This document shows, piece by piece, positions 57,648 to 64,000 of a stretch of 64,000 bases of DNA. The position numbers and the translations under genes are program-made. The stretch lies in the IMG/VR virus record IMGVR_UViG_3300025133_000034. The stretch is one strand, 5' to 3'. This stretch comes from an uncultured virus (IMG/VR IMGVR_UViG_3300025133_000034) (taxonomy: Duplodnaviria; Heunggongvirae; Uroviricota; Caudoviricetes). The notes under the pieces are model-generated. The model did no database searches. It saw nothing but the letters and a program-made list of their open reading frames with translations, and was not told where the DNA came from. Within the stretch, counting starts at the first letter, position 1, and the number at the start of each line of letters is the position of its first letter.

Positions 57648-58088
57648 TTAATCTCCTGGACCATCAGTCACGCCAGAGCCTGAAACTGTATACATGCTCT
57701 GAGTGGGGATGTTAGTTAGCGAAGCCATTAATTCAAAGCCGCGATCGGCGCCGCCGGCAGTTGCGGAAACCCACAATTCCTTACACTTAACATCCAGCGT
57801 CAAAGCATCCTCATCGGTATCTAAAGTAATATAGTGCTTACCAGTTACTACTTGTGGGCAGGATGAGATAGGATGAAAATGCAATCTAATGTTAGCACCG
57901 CTGCCTGAAGCTATGACGGTAATATTTTTTGTCACGTAAGGAAAAGTCACATGCTTCTCTTCATCGGTTGCAAGAGTGGAGCCAGTAATAAAAGGGTGCC
58001 CAGAAACCTGATATGATCCCACATTCCTTAAACCAACTGAAGTGGCACCTGGAAATATTGCTTGTCCTGTTTTTGCATCTACTGCCAT
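57648..58088 (-). CDS. putative virion structural protein
   Basis: GLRNVGSYQVSGHPFITGS; AGGAG RBS. Confidence 0.7.
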   Translation of the reverse strand: MAVDAKTGQAIFPGATSVGLRNVGSYQVSGHPFITGSTLATDEEKHVTFPYVTKNITVIASGSGANIRLHFHPISSCPQVVTGKHYITLDTDEDALTLDVKCKELWVSATAGGADRGFELMASLTNIPTQSMYTVSGSGVTDGPGD

Positions 58089-58098
58089 TTTTTCTCTC

Positions 58099-58329
58099 CT
58101 ACCTTATATCTAGTTTTCTGTTTCTTTCTCGTTCTGCTTTTTGAGCATTACGTAGCTTTTTAAGTTTTTCTTTTCTTCTTCTAGCTGATGGTTTTTCGTA
58201 AAACCTTCTATCTAAATAGCTTTCAATTATTCTTTCTTTTTTAACCTTTTTCATGAATTTTCTTATTAAGCGCGTGACGTCGCCTTTTGTCTCTTTCAAT
58301 GTCACTTCTACATTTACAGCTCTTTTCAT
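58099..58329 (-). CDS. rpsU: phage-encoded ribosomal protein bS21
   Basis: VEV...DVTRLIRKFMKKVKKERII...RRFYEKPSARRRKEK; 76 aa, very basic. Confidence 0.85.
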   Translation of the reverse strand: MKRAVNVEVTLKETKGDVTRLIRKFMKKVKKERIIESYLDRRFYEKPSARRRKEKLKKLRNAQKAERERNRKLDIR

Positions 58330-58332
58330 GAT

Positions 58333-58710
58333 TTACCCTATTAAAGTTTTCCATTTACCATTAGCTATCTTTTCTATATCACTAATATCTACCCCTGAAT
58401 CACCAGGAGAAAGACCAGAGAGAGGCCCTGAAGAGTTGGTTTCTGCCATCTCTTTTGTGCCGGTAAAAACTCCGCCAAATTTGTTAGATTCGTTTAATCT
58501 TCTTATTCTTTCTTGCCTGTTTTTTTCGAGTAGCTTTTCTTTATGACGTAGTTCTTCGTCTCTGTGTTTTTGCTCGGTAATGGTGTTGCCACCGAGACCT
58601 TTAGCGACCTCAGCAACAATGCTAGATAGTACTCCTTCTTGTAGTAGCACCTCCCTAACTGTCTGCATGATTAGTGGCTTAAGTATTTTTTTAAATTCTG
58701 CTGGTTTCAT
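58333..58710 (-). CDS. hypothetical head-associated protein
   Basis: Adjacent to the prohead protease; LLQE/ITE/LNE sites. Confidence 0.7.
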   Translation of the reverse strand: MKPAEFKKILKPLIMQTVREVLLQEGVLSSIVAEVAKGLGGNTITEQKHRDEELRHKEKLLEKNRQERIRRLNESNKFGGVFTGTKEMAETNSSGPLSGLSPGDSGVDISDIEKIANGKWKTLIG

Positions 58711-59343
58711 TTAATCTCTCAATATTGATTCTAATAACTGATCAATTTTATTATTTTTTGATTCGTTCAAATAAGCACCTATTGAAGTATCCATCTTATA
58801 GCTACTTGGTGTCTGGCTACGATGCAAATATGCGCCCGGGGTTGAAGGTTCGGAAACCATGTCAAAACAGATCAGCTGAAAATCATCTTCAACCATGGTA
58901 ACTCCTCGTTCTTCCCTGACAGAGCCTAGGCCTCGTGAAGAAATTCCTAATTTACAGCCGGCCTTGACCAATTCTTTAAGAATTTGGCCTGAAGGTGTAT
59001 CTAAAACCTCTATCTTCCCCATTACACTGTCTCCTTCCCACCACATTTTAGTTACTAGATGGGCGGCGTTTTTAAGGTTGATGACTGAATCATCTGGATG
59101 ATCCAACTCCCCCAAAGATCTACGCTCTTTAATGGCTTTTTGATAATTTTCTACTTCTCTTTGTAGTGTTTCCCTTTTATATACTCGGCCATTACCGTTT
59201 TTAGTTCCGGCTTTCTGGCATATGCCAACAAGGTAAACTGCCCCTTCCATAACGCTTTTCTTTTCTGATTCAGATAAAACGTGCAAGGGGCACCTACCTT
59301 CAGGACATAACTCGAAATACTCCTGAAGAAGTTCTTTGGACAT
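58711..59343 (-). CDS. prohead protease (T4 gp21-like)
   Basis: NGNGRVY, GELDHP, GISSRGLGSV, FDMVSEPSTPGA. Confidence 0.95.
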   Translation of the reverse strand: MSKELLQEYFELCPEGRCPLHVLSESEKKSVMEGAVYLVGICQKAGTKNGNGRVYKRETLQREVENYQKAIKERRSLGELDHPDDSVINLKNAAHLVTKMWWEGDSVMGKIEVLDTPSGQILKELVKAGCKLGISSRGLGSVREERGVTMVEDDFQLICFDMVSEPSTPGAYLHRSQTPSSYKMDTSIGAYLNESKNNKIDQLLESILRD

Positions 59344-59346
59344 TAT

Positions 59347-59619
59347 TTACTCGCTTCCACCACTATTGGAGTTTGACTTCATACCTTTTTGCCCCCACTT
59401 CGGAGGATATTTGTTAGCTACTTTTCCAACACCCTTAACGCCCCAAGTACCGCCACCGGGGCCATGGCCGGTGTTCTTCTTCGTCTGTTCTTCTTTAACA
59501 ACTTTCTTGTTTGACATTTTAATTTCTCCTTTTAAAAATGTATTTTGCGAGGCTCTCCCCCGCGTGGTTTCGCTGCCGTTACAACAACGTCTTACTTCTG
59601 GTCTGTTACGCCGTTTCAT
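59347..59619 (-). CDS. small basic hypothetical protein (internal start at 59517 likely)
   Basis: AAGGAG before MSNKK at 59517; in-frame upstream ATG at 59619 also has a GGGGTGAG RBS-like site. Confidence 0.5.
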   Translation of the reverse strand: MKRRNRPEVRRCCNGSETTRGRASQNTFLKGEIKMSNKKVVKEEQTKKNTGHGPGGGTWGVKGVGKVANKYPPKWGQKGMKSNSNSGGSE

Positions 59620-59621
59620 TG

Positions 59622-59966
59622 TTACTCACCCCCTTGTGTATTCCTAAATTTTAAGCCGAAATCATTCAAAATCATACTTAAGAAATAACTTGTCCCGGCT
59701 GATAACCATCCCAAAAGTAAACCATTTATTAAATTGTAATCGTAAGTAAATAGTTCTGTGAAACAGTTGATACTCCACAAAAAAACACCCACCCAAAATC
59801 CAACGCATAAGGGACAGTGAAATAACTCTCCTAACTTCCCCTTGGTCGGCCTAACGAAATTAAAAATTGATCCGTATACCAGAACATATGTCAGCCCATA
59901 AGCACAAAGTATAAAATATATTAAACCCACACTACACCTATAATCTGTAAATTGTGCTAATTCCAT
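59622..59966 (-). CDS. membrane protein, DUF1360-like
   Basis: ELFHCPLCVGFWVG with flanking hydrophobic helices; true start probably downstream. Confidence 0.7.
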   Translation of the reverse strand: MELAQFTDYRCSVGLIYFILCAYGLTYVLVYGSIFNFVRPTKGKLGELFHCPLCVGFWVGVFLWSINCFTELFTYDYNLINGLLLGWLSAGTSYFLSMILNDFGLKFRNTQGGE

Positions 59967-60516
59967 AGCTAATCATGTTGGGTGGTAAGGAACCCTTATT
60001 GTCCGCATGCCTTTTTGGGTCGAACTCAGTGAACTCGTCAGGCTCAGGCTCCAACAATCGTTCACCTTCTTCCTTCTCAAATTCTTCCTGGTCTTTATAA
60101 AATGGCATTTCCTTTTCAACAAACTTAGATACAGAATAGAGCACAAACTCAACTTTATCGCCCTTTCCGGAAGGTTTGGGTATCTTGCCCTCCATGGACA
60201 TAAATAGATTTCCTGTCTGCACACTATCATGATCAATGACACCATCATTAATTAAGAAATTAAACAACCTCTCTTGTGTACTGTGCACCTCATCGTCCAG
60301 GTCTTCCTTGGGGATTGATACAACCTTACTGGTCTTCGGCATAACAAAAATATTTATATCCGGATGGCCATAAACTATAATATTCCCATCAATAGTCTTC
60401 TTGGCTTTGAGAAATATTTTTTTTACTTCCTTATCCTTGACCTTGACCTTGATGATCATGGAAGGCTCTTTTGCCTCCTCCGGAGGAGAATCTAATATTT
60501 TAATTTTAATTGTCAT
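59938..60516 (-). CDS. hypothetical protein
   Basis: 192-aa ORF coupled within the head operon. Confidence 0.75.
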   Translation of the reverse strand: MTIKIKILDSPPEEAKEPSMIIKVKVKDKEVKKIFLKAKKTIDGNIIVYGHPDINIFVMPKTSKVVSIPKEDLDDEVHSTQERLFNFLINDGVIDHDSVQTGNLFMSMEGKIPKPSGKGDKVEFVLYSVSKFVEKEMPFYKDQEEFEKEEGERLLEPEPDEFTEFDPKRHADNKGSLPPNMISYGISTIYRL

Positions 60517-61321
60517 TGTTTTCTAATTCACTCACCAGGGACTGTATTTTCAATATTTCCACTAACATTTTTTTGTCTAAGCCGCGGCTATTGTAGCTTT
60601 TTATTTTTTCAACTACTTTATTAAGTTTTTCAGAAACGCTGCCCTCCGACTTGGTAGCTTTGCTTGTTAGCAAGCCCTGGAGGCGGTCGACTTCTTCATA
60701 TAAATATAATTTTAATTCCAAGCCATCGTCGCGATATGAAGAGATATATTTATTTAATAAATTTTTCTGATTTTCATTTAGTTTTTCTACGTATTCGCTA
60801 TTGAATCTATCAACAAATTTTCTAACTGCTAAGCTATCAATCTTCTTCACAGTCTGCTCTTCATCTTTTGGTTTTTTTAGGCCAGTATACAACCTCTCTT
60901 CCAACAGGACTTGGTCCTTTGGGCTTAGTTTTTGATTTAAAATTTGATTAATCGTAGCTATTTCTTTAAAGTTAGAAACAAAGATATCCCATGAATCCTT
61001 GCCAAAGCTTTTATTAATTTCGTTTATTAATTTTGATTGGTCTGAATGAACTCTACGTCTGTCAAGCTGCATAAATCGTCTTTTAGCTTCAAATAAAATT
61101 TTGTTAATTGTGAATTCTTCAAGGCCGGTTAACTCACTAAAGGACCTATATATATCTAACTCTTGGCTTAAGACCTTCCCCTTCCCGAAATATTCTTTTA
61201 CTACCTGCAAGGCCTTTTTCTTTCTTTTGGCATCGTTGTTTATGCTAGCAACAGATATTTCTTTTATAAGTACTTCATAGAGAAACGCTGTATTTCTTTT
61301 TTTATTATGATTTAGTCTCAT
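60506..61321 (-). CDS. hypothetical head-assembly protein after the portal
   Basis: MRLNHNKKRNTAFLYEVL; helical; GGAGAG RBS. Confidence 0.75.
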   Translation of the reverse strand: MRLNHNKKRNTAFLYEVLIKEISVASINNDAKRKKKALQVVKEYFGKGKVLSQELDIYRSFSELTGLEEFTINKILFEAKRRFMQLDRRRVHSDQSKLINEINKSFGKDSWDIFVSNFKEIATINQILNQKLSPKDQVLLEERLYTGLKKPKDEEQTVKKIDSLAVRKFVDRFNSEYVEKLNENQKNLLNKYISSYRDDGLELKLYLYEEVDRLQGLLTSKATKSEGSVSEKLNKVVEKIKSYNSRGLDKKMLVEILKIQSLVSELENNDN

Positions 61322-63323
61322 CTGTGTTCTTCTCCAGAGATTCAATTAGCCTATCAATATCTTTAGTATTTTTTAATATTTGTCTTTCTTCTTCTTCATA
61401 ATAATTAGATTTTGTGTCCTCAGAAAGACTATAATTAATTCCTAGTAAGTCTTCGGCGCCGGGCAAGAACGTACGACGGCTCTTAAGTTTCCCAACACTC
61501 TGGCCTCCAGCAGAAGCATTCTGGGCCTGTCTAAACCCTGTCCTACCATCTCGTCCAGGCTTACGCGCATACCATTTGTTTTTTGAGTGCGGTGTCGTAG
61601 AGGAAACATTACCAAATTTATCTTTTTTAAACGTTTTAAAATCTGCTGATGCGTCGTCGCGGTGAGCAGGCATTTCTTCTCCAGGCGCAGCTAGTAGTGG
61701 GCCGGCTTCTTCTCCGCCGCCCATCTCTTCTCCGCCGCCCATGTCACCGCCCATCTCTTCTCCGCCGCCCATGTCACCGCCCATGTCACCGCCCATGTCA
61801 CCGCCCATGTCACCGCCCATGTCACCACCTCCGCCGGCTTCGGCAGTCGCCTCAGCGGCCATGGCCTCTCCTACTTGCTCTAATGAAATGTCATGTTTCT
61901 TGTCATAATACATTTCAACCTGGACGCGTTTGAACTCTTCTTCACTAAGATTAAGAATATTACTAGCAACCCATCTTCTACTAAAGTATCCCTGCGAGGC
62001 GCCGTCGGCGGCTTCAAATCTAGCCTTCCAGTGTTCTAGCTCTTGTAATTCAGCTAACTTGGAGGGGTTGTTCAAAGACAACTTAAATGACAAAAGATCT
62101 TTGCCACGATATCCTAGAGTAAACAAATGAACTGTTACAATTTTTTCTAATTCAGAGATAACCGAACGCTGCAATCTTTGGATAGTGCGCGCAAATCTTA
62201 TGTCTTTCTGGGCAAGAGCAGCTTTATCTTCCACAGACCCTTCAGGCTGCGTTAAATAAGCCGGCGGCACTTTGAGGGCGCTAAATAATTTATCACGCAA
62301 ATATTTTACATCATCAATATCACCAGTATATTTACCGCCTCCTACAGATTCTATTTTTGTACCAGAGGTACCACCTCGAACTGGAATATAATAATCCTCT
62401 TCGATACTAAGTGGGTTATATCTTAAGTCCACGCGGCCAGTATTAACGTCAACTACTTGATTTCTTTTCATTTGAGTCATAACGCGCTGCATGTATTGCT
62501 CGACATCCTCCGGAGGGATGTTCCCCACATCAACATAAAAAGCCCGGCGGTCTGGAGAACGAACTATTCTATACGCCATCATCGCGTCTTCCAACAACGT
62601 CAGCTGGCGCCAAATTCTTCTGGCTGGCTCAAGTACAGAAGTGCCGTACGGGGCAAATTTATCATTTCCCAAAATTCGAAAATGCCCGATTTGCCAATTT
62701 TCTAAAGTTAAGCCGGCGGTGTTCCATTGGTACTGAATATAGTTTGGGTTGTTTTTATCTTCCCCCTCCAGCCTTTCAATCTCGTTTGAAGGTAAGCCAA
62801 TTACGTTCTTTATTCCTTCGTCTTCTTCAATGTCTAAATATACAAAGAAATCTCCATATTTACACATAGAGCGGCACCAACCATATAAATTAAATTCAAC
62901 ATTAATAACACTATAAAGCAGTGTTTCGACTGCAGTTTTAATCTCTTGGTTCTTACACAGAATATTAACCATGGGGCGATATACTGAATAGGTTGTCATT
63001 TCATCGGCATATATGTCTAAAGAAGAGGCAATCTCAGGTGTATACTCCATCTGATCAAAATCAACATATCTGTCTAATCTATTCTGGTTAGAGTAATAAT
63101 CATAATTAAGAGCGTTATACACGTCACTATATACAGAAGTCTTGAATTCTTGCCCACTAGCAGATCTTATTCTAGAACGATATTTGTCTAGCTTACGTCT
63201 TTTAAGTCGTCGTGTGTCTTGCCGGCGATAATTAACAATAGGCCCAGACAATAATTTTGTTAATTGTTTAAAAAGCGGATTCGCAGGGTTGTGGCTATTT
63301 CTTTTGTTTATTGGTCTGGCCAT
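61305..63323 (-). CDS. portal protein (T4 gp20-like)
   Basis: PEIASSLDIYADE, LLEDAMMAYRIVRSPDRR.FYVDVGN, EDYYIP, DDVKYLRDKLFSALKVP. Confidence 0.95.
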   Translation of the reverse strand: MARPINKRNSHNPANPLFKQLTKLLSGPIVNYRRQDTRRLKRRKLDKYRSRIRSASGQEFKTSVYSDVYNALNYDYYSNQNRLDRYVDFDQMEYTPEIASSLDIYADEMTTYSVYRPMVNILCKNQEIKTAVETLLYSVINVEFNLYGWCRSMCKYGDFFVYLDIEEDEGIKNVIGLPSNEIERLEGEDKNNPNYIQYQWNTAGLTLENWQIGHFRILGNDKFAPYGTSVLEPARRIWRQLTLLEDAMMAYRIVRSPDRRAFYVDVGNIPPEDVEQYMQRVMTQMKRNQVVDVNTGRVDLRYNPLSIEEDYYIPVRGGTSGTKIESVGGGKYTGDIDDVKYLRDKLFSALKVPPAYLTQPEGSVEDKAALAQKDIRFARTIQRLQRSVISELEKIVTVHLFTLGYRGKDLLSFKLSLNNPSKLAELQELEHWKARFEAADGASQGYFSRRWVASNILNLSEEEFKRVQVEMYYDKKHDISLEQVGEAMAAEATAEAGGGGDMGGDMGGDMGGDMGGDMGGGEEMGGDMGGGEEMGGGEEAGPLLAAPGEEMPAHRDDASADFKTFKKDKFGNVSSTTPHSKNKWYARKPGRDGRTGFRQAQNASAGGQSVGKLKSRRTFLPGAEDLLGINYSLSEDTKSNYYEEEERQILKNTKDIDRLIESLEKNTDETKS
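61706..61834 (-). repeat. GGDM/GGGEEM coding repeats in the portal C-terminus
   Basis: Tandem 12-nt CATGTCACCGCC and 18-nt CCGCCGCCCATCTCTTCT units on the + strand. Confidence 0.9.
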
Positions 63324-63331
63324 TGGTTATC

Positions 63332-64000
63332 TCATCCTTTCAGAAGCCATAAGTGGTCTTCATAATTTTGTCTTTGTTTCTCTATATTTTTATTCTTTCT
63401 ATAGCCATCCATGCCCGGAATAGCAGTATTCATTTTTCTACCATCAGAGGTCATAGAACTTAAAAATGCCTTGCTGTACTCAACTGCTCTATGGTTTGTG
63501 GCTAAAGCCGTGTCTTTGACCCAACAGCCGATCGCGCATGCCATTATTAAATCATCATGATGCTTTTTCATAGCCTGAGGTCTTCCATTGTGCCAAATAA
63601 ATGTTTTCATTTCATTATAAAGTCTTTTTGATTTAATTTTAATTAGTTTATTTCTAACAAACTCTTCTAATTTAGCTACAACTAATGGTCTTGTTTTAGA
63701 AGTTGTAGAAAAACCAGGCGTTACGCCGGGCCCTTCTGCTAAATGAGGTTCAACATGCTCATGAGTCGATTTTCTAGAATAATATATATTAGGATAGCCC
63801 ATTTCTTCTAACTTGTTCAGTGTTGTCCAGCCAATAGAATTGTTCTCAACCACAACCATGCAATTGCCGTACTCTTTACCGGTCTGGAACAACAAATCAG
63901 CAAAAAGATCGGGCGCAGCTTTGCCCATGTATTCAGCGACAATAGTATTGGCTTCTAAATCAAATATATGAAACGTTGAATAGTCTTGGCCGTCTCCGCG
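63332..64000 (-). CDS. terminase large subunit, C-terminal nuclease domain (5' end outside window)
   Basis: Frame open to the edge: RGDGQDYS, VVENNSIG, GFSTTSKTR, HHDDLIMA; upstream of the portal. Confidence 0.93.
   Translation of the reverse strand, partial: RGDGQDYSTFHIFDLEANTIVAEYMGKAAPDLFADLLFQTGKEYGNCMVVVENNSIGWTTLNKLEEMGYPNIYYSRKSTHEHVEPHLAEGPGVTPGFSTTSKTRPLVVAKLEEFVRNKLIKIKSKRLYNEMKTFIWHNGRPQAMKKHHDDLIMACAIGCWVKDTALATNHRAVEYSKAFLSSMTSDGRKMNTAIPGMDGYRKNKNIEKQRQNYEDHLWLLKG

Noticed and set aside
37..62705. All + strand ORFs in the ORF track
   Set aside because: They are antisense shadows of well-supported minus-strand genes or tRNAs and have no recognisable motifs
1..64000. Stop-codon reassignment, as in some large phages
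   Set aside because: Conserved genes are full length in the standard code, TAA, TAG and TGA all end genes, and no suppressor tRNA was seen

Overview
A 64-kb, densely coding fragment of a large T4-like (myovirus-type) tailed phage. Every credible gene lies on the minus strand and the standard genetic code gives intact ORFs. In transcription order (right to left) it holds four blocks. (1) Morphogenesis, ~64.0-30.2 kb: terminase large subunit (partial), portal, prohead protease, a phage ribosomal protein bS21, Ser/Gly-rich fibre-like proteins, scaffold, major capsid protein, neck, tail terminator, sheath, tube, tail chaperones, tape measure and baseplate. (2) Replication and nucleotide metabolism, ~30.2-12.3 kb: compact PolA-like protein, divergent tubulin/FtsZ-like protein, gp32-like SSB, RecA, deaminase, 5'-3' exonuclease, DnaB-like helicase, class II RNR, DnaE, dUTPase and IMPDH/GMPR. 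(3) Regulators and protein quality control, ~12.3-4.7 kb: Cys-rich sigma-70 region-4 protein, ClpP, GroEL (GroES lies at 20.2 kb), glutaredoxin, Hsp20 and peptide deformylase. (4) Three tRNAs, small ORFs and a large partial ORF at the left edge. Signals read directly from the DNA include two promoter classes (TTKACH-N16-TAYNNT with an invariant 16-nt spacer, and a late ACTAnTTA motif), an H-type pseudoknot in the SSB leader, apparently leaderless late genes, and strong [ST]-[GA]-S enrichment in virion proteins. All product calls come from motif recognition by eye; no database searches were run.
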